A DNA stretch of 64,000 bases from NCBI GenBank assembly GCA_047285805.1, contig JBJBCN010000002.1, positions 320,001 through 384,000 on the forward strand. Direction: 5' to 3'. Position numbers and translations under genes: made by a program. A model generated the notes under the pieces. The model had not been told where the DNA came from, did not search any database, and was given only the letters and a program-made list of their open reading frames with translations. This DNA is from Synechococcus sp. Lineage in GTDB: Bacteria; Cyanobacteriota; Cyanobacteriia; PCC-6307; Cyanobiaceae. This document shows, piece by piece, positions 1 to 9,890 of this stretch (its first letter is position 1; each line of letters starts with the position of its first letter).

Positions 1-2190
1 GGTGCCGGTCACGCGGTCGCCACGATCCCAGTCATCGCCGGTGATCTTGGTGCCGGAGCCTTCGCCGGTCACCCGGGAAGCTTGGGCTTCATCGGCGGCT
101 ATGGCCACGGGCTCCTGGGCTTGGGCCAGGCGCTGGCTGGAGCGACGGTCGAAGCGGAACTGTTCAGTTCCGGTGATCTTGCCGCTGGCCATGTCGAAAG
201 GGCCAGTGATCCGTCCGCCTTGCTCGTAGGTGCTGCCGGTGACGCTACCGGTGCTTTCGCGCTCTTCCTGAGCAGCTCGGGCAGGGGACTGGACGCTGAA
301 CTCTTGCCAAGCCGCACCGTTCAAGGGCTGGGGAAAGTCGGCATCGCGGCTGGGAGCAGTACCGCAGGCGCTGGCCTGTTGATCCGCACCGACGTAGGGG
401 GTGCCGCTGATGGATTCACAGGCGCCGTGCTCGGCGCCGGTCATCACACCACCGATGCCGGGCTGGATGCCGGTCATTCGGTTGGAGTTGCGGACGGGGG
501 TGCGCTCACGGACAGCGCGAACGGCGGAGGTGTTGCAGAAGTCGCCTGGCTGCTCGAGGCCGGCGTAGGGGGTGCCGGTCACCACCTTGCAGCTGCCGGG
601 CTCATCACCGGTCACTTTTTCAGAGCGGCCGGTGCGGCTGCCGCTGACCACCTGGTTGCGGTTGGTGATGCTGAAGCCCACCTTTGCGGCTTCCGGTGCG
701 GGACGTGTGCCGCAGAAGCCGTCGAACTGCTCGCTGCCGATGTACTCATCACCTGTGACGTTGCGGCAGCTTCCGGCTTCATCGCCGGTGACTTGCTTGC
801 TGCGGCCCACGGCGGTGCCGGTGACACCGGTGCCCCGAAGGGTGTTTTGGCTGCTGACCTTGGTTGCGGCACGGCCACCGACGTTGGCATCGGAACCGAG
901 GTACTGGTCGCCCGTCAAGTTGCGGCCTGAACCGGCTTCGTCTCCGGTGACCCGCTCGCTGCGACCCACCATTACGCCGCTAACGGCCTGGCCGCCTTGG
1001 GTTTGGCTCTGGCCCACCTTGCGCACGGAGGGATTGCCCACACCGCAATAGGAGCTGGACTGGTTGGCCGAGATGTACTCGGTACCGGTGACGGTCTTGC
1101 AGGTTCCGGGCTCATCGCCGGTGACCTTCTCACTGCGGCCTACTTCGTTGCCGGTGACGCGGTTGCCGTGGCTGGTGGCGCTGACGCCCACCTTGGCGGG
1201 CTGGTTGCCGCTGGCGGGTTGGCCACCGCAGAATGTCTGGAAGACTTCAGCGCCCAGATATTCGGTTCCGGTGATCGAACGGCAGGTGGCTGCTTCGTTG
1301 CCGGTGGTTTTGACCGAACGGTTGGCTTGGGTGCCGGTGACCGTTTGACCGGAGAGGGTTTCACTGACGCCCACCTTCCAGGCGGCATCAGCGGCGGCGG
1401 CTTGCTTGGCGCCGTGGCGGTTGGGGCCGCTGGGGCGGGTGCCGCTGTTGCGGGCACTGCCGGCAGCACCGGTCTTGCTCTTCAGTTCACGGACTTTCTG
1501 GGCCAGCTCACGAGCACTCAAATCCGGGTTGATCTGGCGAGCGACAGCAGCTGCACCGGTTTTGGTGGAGTTGCTGGCGGACTTACCGCGCTTGCTCAGG
1601 GCCTCACGGCGTGCCAGCACCAGGGCGCGGCTCGCGTTGTGCTGGGCGGTTCCCTTGCGTGCAGCGGCGCGACGCTCACTGCCGGCGCGGTTCGAGCTAG
1701 CGGAAGCCCGCTCGCTGGATAGCGACAGGGTTGCCGAACGGGATTGTTGGGTATCGGTTGTTTTCTCTTGGCACTTGCACTTGTGCTCAGCGGCCGGCGC
1801 CGCTGCTGCCTTCGGGGCTTCCTTGGCGACGTCGGTGCGGGTGCGGTCCTTGGAGGTGTCAGCGCGCTTACCGCCGCGGGTCATGGCCTCGCGCCTGGAG
1901 AGCACCAGGTCCCGGCTGGGGTTCGAGACCCGCTTGCCCGCGTTGGACCGGTGCGAGGTGCTGGGGGAGGACAGCTGACGATGGGTCGGTGCCGCAGCAG
2001 GGGCGGCAGCTTCAGCGGCGGCCGGGCGGGGAGCGCTGCTGGGAGCGGCGTTGGTCCGGGTCGGACGGGCATCGGCTGCGCTGCGAACGCGTCCACCACC
2101 GCTGCCGTAACGGCCGGAGGCTTTCTTACCGCCGTCGGTGAGGGCCTTACGGCGCTCCAGGGCTGCTTCGCGACTCGATTTAGTGGCCAT
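1..2190 (-). CDS. csoS2: Alpha-carboxysome scaffold CsoS2 (3' end runs off the window)
   Basis: Not in the ORF track. ATG at 2190 gives MATKSSREAALERRKAL (N-repeat), then M-repeats with VTG triplets (SEKVTGDEPGSCKVVTGTPYAG) and C-region KITGDDWDRGDRVTGT; lies directly downstream of cbbS. Confidence 0.95.
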   Translation of the reverse strand, partial: MATKSSREAALERRKALTDGGKKASGRYGSGGGRVRSAADARPTRTNAAPSSAPRPAAAEAAAPAAAPTHRQLSSPSTSHRSNAGKRVSNPSRDLVLSRREAMTRGGKRADTSKDRTRTDVAKEAPKAAAAPAAEHKCKCQEKTTDTQQSRSATLSLSSERASASSNRAGSERRAAARKGTAQHNASRALVLARREALSKRGKSASNSTKTGAAAVARQINPDLSARELAQKVRELKSKTGAAGSARNSGTRPSGPNRHGAKQAAAADAAWKVGVSETLSGQTVTGTQANRSVKTTGNEAATCRSITGTEYLGAEVFQTFCGGQPASGNQPAKVGVSATSHGNRVTGNEVGRSEKVTGDEPGTCKTVTGTEYISANQSSSYCGVGNPSVRKVGQSQTQGGQAVSGVMVGRSERVTGDEAGSGRNLTGDQYLGSDANVGGRAATKVSSQNTLRGTGVTGTAVGRSKQVTGDEAGSCRNVTGDEYIGSEQFDGFCGTRPAPEAAKVGFSITNRNQVVSGSRTGRSEKVTGDEPGSCKVVTGTPYAGLEQPGDFCNTSAVRAVRERTPVRNSNRMTGIQPGIGGVMTGAEHGACESISGTPYVGADQQASACGTAPSRDADFPQPLNGAAWQEFSVQSPARAAQEERESTGSVTGSTYEQGGRITGPFDMASGKITGTEQFRFDRRSSQRLAQAQEPVAIAADEAQASRVTGEGSGTKITGDDWDRGDRVTGT

Positions 2191-2318
2191 GTCCGCCCGG
2201 TGTATGGAATGACTGGATGGCATTCACGAGCCGGTCGATCTCAATCAACGCAGCGCGAAAATGCATGGAATCTGAAGGCGGAAACCCGCAATCAGATGGT
2301 TAATCTGTAAAAGAAGGA

Positions 2319-2344
2319 GTGGTCTCGAGATAAGCCGAGACCAC
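2319..2344 (-). terminator. Stem-loop between cbbS and csoS2
   Basis: GTGGTCTCG-N8-CGAGACCAC, 9-bp stem followed by a pyrimidine/T tract on the minus strand. Confidence 0.55.
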
Positions 2345-2364
2345 AACTTGATGAAGGCGCTGAA

Positions 2365-2706
2365 TCAGCGGCCTTCGAACACCACGAAGCAAGCACCTTG
2401 GCTTTGGGTGTAGGCGTCGTAGCCCACGAGACGCACGTGATGGTCGGGGTAAGCGCGGTGGCAAGCTTCGAGCTCGTTCACGATGACGCTCAGGTCCTTC
2501 TCACCGAAGAAGGGCAGCTTCCAGTAGGACCAATAGGTGGCCATGGAGCGGCTGGGGTGGACGTGCTCGACGAGCGGGCTCCAACCCTGGGCAATGATGT
2601 ACGCGATCTGGTCGTAGATCTCGTCCTGGGTCATCGGCGGCAGGAAGCCGAAGGTCTCCAGGGTGGCGACTGTTTGGTAGTCACCCACGGTGCTCTTGAA
2701 AGGCAT
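2365..2706 (-). CDS. cbbS: Rubisco small subunit, form IA
   Basis: YQTVATLETFGFLPP, YWSYWKLPFFG motifs. Confidence 0.98.
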   Translation of the reverse strand: MPFKSTVGDYQTVATLETFGFLPPMTQDEIYDQIAYIIAQGWSPLVEHVHPSRSMATYWSYWKLPFFGEKDLSVIVNELEACHRAYPDHHVRLVGYDAYTQSQGACFVVFEGR

Positions 2707-2822
2707 GGGGTTCCTTGAGATGGATGGAATGAATGAACCTTGATTTGGTTCGATGTCCTGTTCCGATCACTGAATGGGTTGGAGTCAACCGAAGCTGACT
2801 CCGTGACCCACTCGCTTCGAAA

Positions 2823-4235
2823 TCAGTTGACGTCGAGCTTGTCGACGGTGTCGAACTCGAACTTGATTTCCTTCCAGGTCTCGAGGGCGATGGCCAGCTC
2901 GGGGCTGTGCTTCGCGGCTTCCATGAGGATGTCGCGGCCTTCGCGCTCAATCTCGCGACCGGCGTTACGGGCTTTGACGCAGGCTTCCAGTGCAACGCGG
3001 TTAGCGGCAGCACCAGCAGCAGAACCCCAGGGGTGACCGTGGGTACCACCACCGAACTGGAGCACTGAGTCATCACCGAAGATGCTCACCAGGGCCGGCA
3101 TGTGCCAGACGTGGATACCGCCAGATGCCACGGCGAACACGCCGCCCATGGAACCCCAATCTTGGTCGAAGAAGTTACCGCGGCTGCGATCTTCGGGAAC
3201 GAAGGATTCGCGCAGTTGGTCGATGTAGCCGAGGGTGGACTGACGGTCGCCCTCGAGCTTGCCGACCACGGTGCCGGTGTGCAGCTGGTCACCACCGGAG
3301 AGACGCAGACACTTAGCGAGAACGCGGAAGTGGATGCCGTGCTTGGGGTGACGGTCGATCACCGCGTGCATGGCGCGGTGGATGTGCAGCAGGATGCCGT
3401 TCTTACGGCACCAGTGGGACAGACCGGTGTTAGCGGTGAAGCCACCAGTGATGTAGTCGTGCATGATGATCGGCTGCCCGAGTTCCTTGGCGAACTCGGC
3501 CCGCTCGTACATCTGCTCAGGCGTGGCGGCGGTGCAGTTCAGGTAGTGACCCTTACGCTCGCCGGTCTCCTGCTCAGCGGATTTCACGGCTTCGGCAACG
3601 AACTCGAACCGGTTCTGCCAACGCTGGAAGGGCTGGGAGTTGATGTTCTCGTCGTCCTTGGTGAAGTCGAGACCACCGCGGAGGCACTCATACACAACCC
3701 GGCCGTAGTTCTTACCGCTCAGGCCAAGCTTCGGCTTGATGGTGCAACCCAGCAGGGGACGGCCGTACTTGTTCATACGGTCGCGCTCGACCTGGATGCC
3801 GTTCGGCGGACCCATGCAGGTCTTGATAAACGCCATCGGGAAGCGGATGTCTTCCAGACGCAGGTGGCGCAGAGCCTTGAAACCGAAGACGTTGCCGACC
3901 AGGGAGGTCAGAACGTTGGTGACGGAACCCTCTTCGAACAGGTCGAGGGGGTAGGCGATGAACGCATAGAAGGACTCCTTGTCGCCAGGAACGTCTTCGA
4001 TGCGGTAGCAACGGCCCTTGTAGAAGTCGAGGTCGGTGAGGAGCTCGGACCACACAGTGGACCAGGTGCCGGTCGAGGATTCAGCAGCCACAGCAGCGGC
4101 AACTTCTTCCTTGGGGACACCTTCCTGGCCGGTGCACTTGAAGCAAGCCAGCAGGTCGGTGTCGAGGGGTACGTAATCAGGAGTCCAATACGTGTCGCGG
4201 TACTCCTTAACCCCAGCGTCGTACTTCTTAGCCAT
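2823..4235 (-). CDS. cbbL: Rubisco large subunit, form IA
   Basis: [15 protein letters not shown] catalytic motif, 470 aa. Confidence 0.99.
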   Translation of the reverse strand: MAKKYDAGVKEYRDTYWTPDYVPLDTDLLACFKCTGQEGVPKEEVAAAVAAESSTGTWSTVWSELLTDLDFYKGRCYRIEDVPGDKESFYAFIAYPLDLFEEGSVTNVLTSLVGNVFGFKALRHLRLEDIRFPMAFIKTCMGPPNGIQVERDRMNKYGRPLLGCTIKPKLGLSGKNYGRVVYECLRGGLDFTKDDENINSQPFQRWQNRFEFVAEAVKSAEQETGERKGHYLNCTAATPEQMYERAEFAKELGQPIIMHDYITGGFTANTGLSHWCRKNGILLHIHRAMHAVIDRHPKHGIHFRVLAKCLRLSGGDQLHTGTVVGKLEGDRQSTLGYIDQLRESFVPEDRSRGNFFDQDWGSMGGVFAVASGGIHVWHMPALVSIFGDDSVLQFGGGTHGHPWGSAAGAAANRVALEACVKARNAGREIEREGRDILMEAAKHSPELAIALETWKEIKFEFDTVDKLDVN

Positions 4236-4306
4236 GGAGAATCTCCGAGTGGGTCGAGGGAAATAAGTCAGAGGGATGAGTGGCCATTAATGGCCTAACT
4301 CAGTCC

Positions 4307-4621
4307 TCAGTCCTTCGAACCAACGAAGCCGGCGCTGCTGTTCAGAGCAGGCTCTACTTCACGGTGGGGGCGGGCAATGATGTGGGCGGCAACCAGGCCA
4401 TCACCCACGCGCTCGCAGGCATCGGCGCCAGCGCGAACGGCAGCGTTCACAGCACCGGTTTCGCCGCGGACCAGAACGGTGACGTAACCGCCGCCCACGA
4501 ATTCGCGACCGACCAGGCGCACTTCGGCAGCCTTGGTCATGGCGTCAGCGGCTTCGATCGCGGGGACCAGACCCCGGGTTTCGATCATGCCGAGGGCGAT
4601 GCCCATGGTTTCGTTAGCCAT
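4307..4621 (-). CDS. csoS1: Major carboxysome shell hexamer (BMC-H)
   Basis: [34 protein letters not shown]; start taken at ATG 4621. Confidence 0.97.
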   Translation of the reverse strand: MANETMGIALGMIETRGLVPAIEAADAMTKAAEVRLVGREFVGGGYVTVLVRGETGAVNAAVRAGADACERVGDGLVAAHIIARPHREVEPALNSSAGFVGSKD

Positions 4622-4730
4622 TACCTGCTCCTGGAGGAGGGGTGGAATGTTCGCCAGCAACCTTGCTTCGTCAACGATCCGTAAGTCAAGACATTTAGTG
4701 CCAAATGGCGATCACCGTCCCCTCAGTGTT

Positions 4731-4749
4731 TGATAAGTGGGGCTGATCA
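4731..4749. promoter_or_regulatory. Candidate LysR-type (CbbR/RbcR-like) operator upstream of the cso operon
   Basis: TGATAAG-N5-CTGATCA inverted repeat (1 mismatch) about 110 nt upstream of csoS1; TTGACT -35-like hexamer at 4689-4684 (minus). Confidence 0.35.
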
Positions 4750-4825
4750 GTGCCTCACAAAACGATGCATATCCTTTTCGGGCTGCTCCGATGACCGGTA
4801 CATGGCGTCTCTAAAAGCACTGCGG

Positions 4826-5107
4826 CTAGAGCGATTCGACTTCCGAGAGATGGGCAATGCCGCCGTAATACTCCAGGAATGGTTTGAGAGCGACACTCAG
4901 TCCTTCCACGATCTGAGGCTCGCAAAACACGAGCACGTGAGCATTCGCACCAGCCCGCTGAAGTCGATGGCCCCCGATACAGAGCTGTGTGGGACCTTGC
5001 CGGTCACATGGTTAATCACGTTTTAGCCCGCTGAACCGGCGCATCGGTCGTATTGAGGACAGCATCGAGCTCCCGCTCGCCCAGGATCAGATCGAGACGT
5101 CTTTTCG
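4826..5107 (-). pseudogene. sbtB: Decayed SbtB (PII-like partner of SbtA)
   Basis: Manual translation across frames: KRRLDLILGERELDAVLN / AGSAG*NVINHVTGKVPHSSVSGAIDFSGL / ANAHVLVFCEPQIVEGLSVALKPFLEYYGGIAHLSEVESL*. No start codon, two frameshifts, one in-frame TAA (5025-5023); immediately downstream of sbtA. Confidence 0.85.
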
Positions 5108-5108
5108 G

Positions 5109-6104
5109 TCAGCCGGCGGCAGGAAGGACGGTGTTGATAAGGGCCATGTAGAGCGGGATCCCGAGCAGGATGTTGAAGGGAAAGGTCAATCCAAGTGCCG
5201 TTGAGATGTAAAAACTCGGGTTGGCTTCTGGAACCGTCATCCGCATCGCCGCAGGAACCGCGATGTAGGAGGCGCTGGCACAAAGCACGACAAACAACAG
5301 GGCATTGCCGGGGCTGAGAGCCAAGCCCTTGGCAATCAGGGTGCCCACTAGGGCGTTAAAGAGCGGCATCAACACGGCAAAGCCGATCAGGAATCCACCC
5401 GTTTGCTTCAGGTCTCGAAGGCGTTGGGCGGCGACGATGCCCATATCCAGCAGGAAAAAGCTCAGGGCGCCATAGAACAATTTGTCGGTGAAGGGCAGCA
5501 TCTTTTCAACGCTGCTGGGACTGTTGGCAGCACTGAGAAACCCCACCAATAAGCTGCCGACCAAGAGATAAACCGAGCCGTTCAGCAGCGCCTCATGCAG
5601 CACCGCTCCCCAGCGCATTCCTCCCACACTCGTGCGTTGCTGCGGCGCCGCCAGTTTCACGAGGAGCAGGCCAACAATGATCGCCGGCGACTCCATCAGC
5701 GCTAGCGCGGCGACCATGAAGCCGTCGTGCTGTAGATGCTGGGTATCCAGAAAGGTTTCAGCGGTAATAAAGGTCACCGCCGAGATTGAGCCGTAGGTCC
5801 CGGCAATGGCGGCCGCATTGAAGCCGTCCAGCTTCCAGCGCAACACCACATAGGAATAGAGCGGCACCGCGAGGGACATCAGGACCGCTGCGGCAATGGT
5901 CGGTAGGACTTGGCCACTGACGCCGCTGTGCTGCAGCTCGAGGCCGCCTTTGAATCCAATTGCCAGCAAGAGATAGAGCGAGAACAGCTTCGGCAGGGGA
6001 TCCGGGATCTCCAGATCCGAGCCCAGTAGGACGGCGATGACTCCAAGAAAAAAGAAGAGGACCGGGGGTGTGAACAGGTTCTGGAAAACCAGGCTGGTGT
6101 CCAT
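5109..6104 (-). CDS. sbtA: Sodium-dependent bicarbonate transporter SbtA family
   Basis: SDLEIP, YLLLAIGFKGG, AGTYGSISAVTF, MESPAIIVG, ASASYIAVPAAMR, LGLTFPFNI. Confidence 0.93.
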   Translation of the reverse strand: MDTSLVFQNLFTPPVLFFFLGVIAVLLGSDLEIPDPLPKLFSLYLLLAIGFKGGLELQHSGVSGQVLPTIAAAVLMSLAVPLYSYVVLRWKLDGFNAAAIAGTYGSISAVTFITAETFLDTQHLQHDGFMVAALALMESPAIIVGLLLVKLAAPQQRTSVGGMRWGAVLHEALLNGSVYLLVGSLLVGFLSAANSPSSVEKMLPFTDKLFYGALSFFLLDMGIVAAQRLRDLKQTGGFLIGFAVLMPLFNALVGTLIAKGLALSPGNALLFVVLCASASYIAVPAAMRMTVPEANPSFYISTALGLTFPFNILLGIPLYMALINTVLPAAG

Positions 6105-6311
6105 CGAGGAACCCGTAGCGATGGCGCGATTCTGGGCGCTCTGGGTGTGTTCAGAGCTGCATACATCCGGCATCGAGCCGCTTGCAGCGCCTGGGGACCC
6201 TCCCTACGGTTGGATCGAGGTAGGTGCCCCTGGATTTCTCTGGGGTGGAATGTTCAACCCAACCTGCCTCACCCCTTTAGGCGGCACAATGGCGGCCCCT
6301 GGCGTCATTGG

Positions 6312-6908
6312 ATGCGACCTGGCACATCCCAGCCGATTTTGGTGATTGCCAGTGGCAACCCCTACAAGGTGGCCGAGATCAGCTCGATGCTCGATGCGGT
6401 CGACCTGGAGGTTCGTCAGCAGCCCGACGGCCTCGAGATCGAAGAAACAGGCAAGACCTACCTCGAAAACGCTCGCCTGAAGGCCTGTGCGGTGGCCCAG
6501 TTGACGGGGCAGTGGGCGTTGGCCGACGACTCCGGCCTAGAGGTCGATGCCTTGGCTGGTGCCCCAGGCCTCTATTCAGCCCGCTACGCCGCCACTGACT
6601 CCGAGCGCATCCACCGGCTGCTGCAGGAATTGGGATCGAGCCCCTACCGCAGCGGCTGCTTTAACAGCGCCATGGTGCTCTCTGACCCTGAGGGCCGCCC
6701 CGTGCTGGAGTCCGAGGGGATCTGCCGCGGCGAAATCCTCACCAGCCCCCAGGGGACAGGCGGTGGATATGACCCGATCTTTTGGGTGCGTGAAGCTGGC
6801 CTGACCTATGCCCAGATGGGGCAGCACCTCAAGGACAAACTGGGTTCTCGTGGCAAGGCTGCGCGTTCCTTGGCGCCGGGCCTCAAGGAGATCTTCGCTC
6901 TGTCCTAA
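6312..6908 (+). CDS. HAM1-family non-canonical purine NTP pyrophosphatase
   Basis: IASGNPYK, EETGKTYLENARLKA, LADDSGLEVDAL, GGYDPIF; usual neighbour of csoS1D. Confidence 0.93.
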   Translation: MRPGTSQPILVIASGNPYKVAEISSMLDAVDLEVRQQPDGLEIEETGKTYLENARLKACAVAQLTGQWALADDSGLEVDALAGAPGLYSARYAATDSERIHRLLQELGSSPYRSGCFNSAMVLSDPEGRPVLESEGICRGEILTSPQGTGGGYDPIFWVREAGLTYAQMGQHLKDKLGSRGKAARSLAPGLKEIFALS

Positions 6909-6909
6909 A

Positions 6910-7704
6910 TCAACGGGCTGAGCGCCGGTTGATCTGCTCGACCGCGCGCATAGCGGCCGCGGCGGCTTCGTTCACATCCCCTTCCCAACCCGCCAGGGTC
7001 AGGCGGCCAAAGGCGCCGACGGCTTTGACGTCGACCACCGTGATGTTGCTGGCCTTTTCGGCCTCATTGGCCGCGAGCAGGACATAGCCAGCCGGTTCGG
7101 TCTCGAGAATGAACATGCTCATGCCCGCCTGAATCATCGAACCGCGCCGGTTCTGACGGTTGATCAGCACGGCATGGTCAGGCGTGATCGCCCGAATCAC
7201 CTCGGTCCAGGTCACGCTGCAGTGGGTGCGCTCGTCGACGCTGCTGCCGATCGCCTCCAGCACCACATCACCGGAGTGGAGCACATTGCTCTGGTCGCGG
7301 TGATAAAGCGCGAGGGAGCCAAAGGCCCGCTCGACGATCATCTGGCCGAGGCGGACCGTGCTGGCCTTGAGGGCAATGTCGGTGACCCGGTGCACGGCCA
7401 TGCCCGGGGAGACCTCCAACCAGAGGCAGGCATCGCCGGGGATCGGTAGGAAGCCTTGGCTCACCGTCCCCATGTAGGTGGCGAGCTGGGGTTGGAGCGA
7501 GTCGAGAAAAACGTAGGTGCGCAGCTCGATCGATTCGACCGCACTGGCTTGGCTCACCAGCCGCGCTTCGCTGTCAGTTGTGATGACACAGCTGGCGGCC
7601 GATGGATGGAGTTCATCCAGAGAGGTGCCACTGCCGCTGAATCCCAAGTCGGTGCCAGTAATCTGGACCGATGAACTGCGTCGCCTGGGATTGCGTTCGA
7701 TCAA
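6910..7704 (-). CDS. csoS1D: Tandem-BMC shell protein CsoS1D
   Basis: [41 protein letters not shown]; start uncertain. Confidence 0.93.
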   Translation of the reverse strand: MIERNPRRRSSSVQITGTDLGFSGSGTSLDELHPSAASCVITTDSEARLVSQASAVESIELRTYVFLDSLQPQLATYMGTVSQGFLPIPGDACLWLEVSPGMAVHRVTDIALKASTVRLGQMIVERAFGSLALYHRDQSNVLHSGDVVLEAIGSSVDERTHCSVTWTEVIRAITPDHAVLINRQNRRGSMIQAGMSMFILETEPAGYVLLAANEAEKASNITVVDVKAVGAFGRLTLAGWEGDVNEAAAAAMRAVEQINRRSAR

Positions 7705-7904
7705 GGGGTCGGGATGCTCCCTGAAGTTGGTTCAGCACCGCCTTCAAGGCGGTGAGGTCCTCAGCTGACCAGCGGGAGGAGCGCGGCGATCTTACCGCCC
7801 GATCGCTGTGTCCTCGCTCGCTAACGCCGGCCCGAAAAGGTGTCCACGGCCACAACCGTCGCCGCTGGCGTGGCTAACACGGGCCCATCCGCGGTGCGTT
7901 AGCA

Positions 7905-8213
7905 ATGCTCACACCGTCCACCAGGCTTCGGCTGCAGAACATCGTCCACCGCATTGGTGAGGATGAGGCGGTCTCGTTGGAGGAACGGATCTACCTCCAG
8001 AAATTTGCCGACCGCCATCACGCCGTCGCGGCCTGGCTGCGCCAGGCACGCCGCCGGCAGCAGGTGGCCTCCAGCCAAGGGGTTGATCGCTTGCTGGCAG
8101 AGCTGGATTTAGGGGATGTGGAACCAGGGGCAGCCTTTCGGCCGGATCCGGAGGATCCCGGCGATCTCGGCGATTGGTTCGGCCATGCCCCGGATTGGTT
8201 GCGGCGCAGCTGA
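7905..8213 (+). CDS. Conserved picocyanobacterial hypothetical protein
   Basis: MLTPSTRLRLQ...SLEERIYLQKFAD...DWLRRS; typical codon use. Confidence 0.75.
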   Translation: MLTPSTRLRLQNIVHRIGEDEAVSLEERIYLQKFADRHHAVAAWLRQARRRQQVASSQGVDRLLAELDLGDVEPGAAFRPDPEDPGDLGDWFGHAPDWLRRS

Positions 8214-8286
8214 TGTTCGCTTGTCTCTGAGGTCTTGCGCCGCCGGCGAGAGCCGGTACCGTCCGGCCATCACCGCAGGATTGCCC

Positions 8287-8721
8287 GTGGCTGCTAAGCG
8301 CTCTGCTACTTCTGCGTCCGCTAAGGGCGCTGCTCCCGTTCAAGACGGCGGCGATCTCAATGCGGATCAGGCGCTGGCACTCGTCAGCATGAGCCTGATG
8401 CAGAAACTGGCGGCCCAAGGCGAGTTGCCTTGGGTTTGGAACGAGGCTGAGGACGGCGGTTCCTGTGACATCGCCGGTCTGCGCCAACGCTTGGAGCTGA
8501 CTCAGCTCGCCCTGCAAACCGGTGCCCCCTTGTCCACCGCCGAAGTCACTTATTTGATGGGTTCCCGCCCCGGCAGCGCTGAGATGGAGCGCGGTGGCCT
8601 GCGTGCCCGCCGCATCAGCCGCAACGTCTGGAAGCTGAACCAGCTCTCCGGCGCCCAGCAGGGCCGCGGTGAAGTTACCAGCTTTGCAAGCTTCAATGAC
8701 GGCCGCCGTCGCTTTGGCTGA
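8287..8721 (+). CDS. Conserved hypothetical protein
   Basis: LRQRLELTQLALQTGAPLSTAEV...RRISRNVWKL; GTG start assumed. Confidence 0.7.
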   Translation: MAAKRSATSASAKGAAPVQDGGDLNADQALALVSMSLMQKLAAQGELPWVWNEAEDGGSCDIAGLRQRLELTQLALQTGAPLSTAEVTYLMGSRPGSAEMERGGLRARRISRNVWKLNQLSGAQQGRGEVTSFASFNDGRRRFG

Positions 8722-9090
8722 TTAAGGCAATTCGCCGCCTGCGCTGATCTCCTGATCCCAGGCGGAGATCAATTCGTTTTTCAATGTTTCAGCCTGCAGC
8801 AGAGCGCTCTCGAGCCCTCCCCACCAGTTGATGAGGGCCACCGGGACCGGCATGGCGTTGCATTCCAGTTCGTAAGACTGGATTTGATCTTCAGCATCGA
8901 TGAGGACACAGATGCTGAACTCCAGCAGCCCGTTGGGCCAGGGGTGAAGCGAAACCGTAGTGATCGCGTCCAGGTCAATGCTCCACCAAGGGGCGTCTGG
9001 TGGGACCTTGGGAACACCGGCTGGCAGGTCAAGTTTGGCCCAACCCCGCAGGACCAGTTGTTCCAGTAGGTCGTTGAGGTTGGAGCGCAT
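8722..9090 (-). CDS. Hypothetical protein
   Basis: MRSNLNDLLEQL... 122 aa with globular-looking composition. Confidence 0.5.
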   Translation of the reverse strand: MRSNLNDLLEQLVLRGWAKLDLPAGVPKVPPDAPWWSIDLDAITTVSLHPWPNGLLEFSICVLIDAEDQIQSYELECNAMPVPVALINWWGGLESALLQAETLKNELISAWDQEISAGGELP

Positions 9091-9187
9091 GGACAGCCCC
9101 AGATGGGGTCCCTTTGTCATGGCACGGGCCATGGGCTGCCAGCAAGCACAGATCCAGCGATGGTGAGCCCAGTTGTCCGCAACAGGG

Positions 9188-9890
9188 TTGCTGTCGTTTG
9201 CCCGTCGTCTGGTTGGGGCGTCCCCTGCCGCGCGCGGAGGCTGATGCCCAGCGGCTCCCCAGTCTGATTGCGCTGCCGATCCTGTCCTCGGATGCCCTCT
9301 CCTCGGTGGCTTACGCGACCGAGGTGGCCCTGGGGGTATTGATCTTGGCTGGCAGTGCTGCCGCTCATGGTCTGGGGGCTGGGCGGGATCAGCCGGCGCT
9401 ACAAACGGGTCTATGACGCGTCGAACTGAAGCCCGGGGAGGACACCTCGGTGCCTTGCCCATATCCTCAGGACGTTTTGGAGAACCAGAGCATCATCTGG
9501 CTGGCTTCCTGGAGTCGGCCCACGCTGGAGGCCTCGCGCTTCGCCGCCCAGGTCTCGGATCGGGTGATTGGCGTCTGGGTCTGCGAACCGAACGACGACT
9601 TTGAGGCGCTGCGCCAGCGTTGGCGTCGACTCTTCGGAGATGCCCCTCAATTTGAGTTGCGCCTGCTGGAGAAGTCCCTTCGCCTTCTTGATCGATCCCT
9701 TTGCCCATTTCGTTGCGGAGGCGGATGCCCGCTGCCCGGAGAGTCAATTCACGATCGTGATGCCGATGGCAATTCCCCGGCGGCGCTTGATCACCTGCTG
9801 CTCAACCATCGCGGCTTGAACATGCTTGAGGCCCTCAACGAACGGCGTAGCCGAGTGTTCACCGTGGTGCGCTATTTCCCTCCGGCCTAG
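9188..9890 (+). pseudogene. Internally deleted, frameshifted APC-family (KimA/YdaO-like) permease
   Basis: GRPLPRAEADAQRLPSLIALPILSSDALSSVAYATE jumps near 9366 to the last TM (MVWGLGGISRRYKRVY) and the C-domain (SPFAFLIDPF, TIVMPMAIP, DHLLLNHRG), spread over several frames. Confidence 0.8.

Noticed and set aside
1..2190. Programmed -1 frameshift giving a short CsoS2 isoform, as in Halothiobacillus
   Set aside because: No CCCAAAG-type slippery site seen by eye in the M-region; the frame is continuous
82..2310. Long plus-strand ORFs (82..930, 997..1722, 1744..2310)
   Set aside because: Antisense shadows of csoS2, which the track omits because its stop lies outside the window
4730..5026. 98-aa plus-strand ORF
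   Set aside because: Antisense to the sbtB pseudogene, which explains the region better
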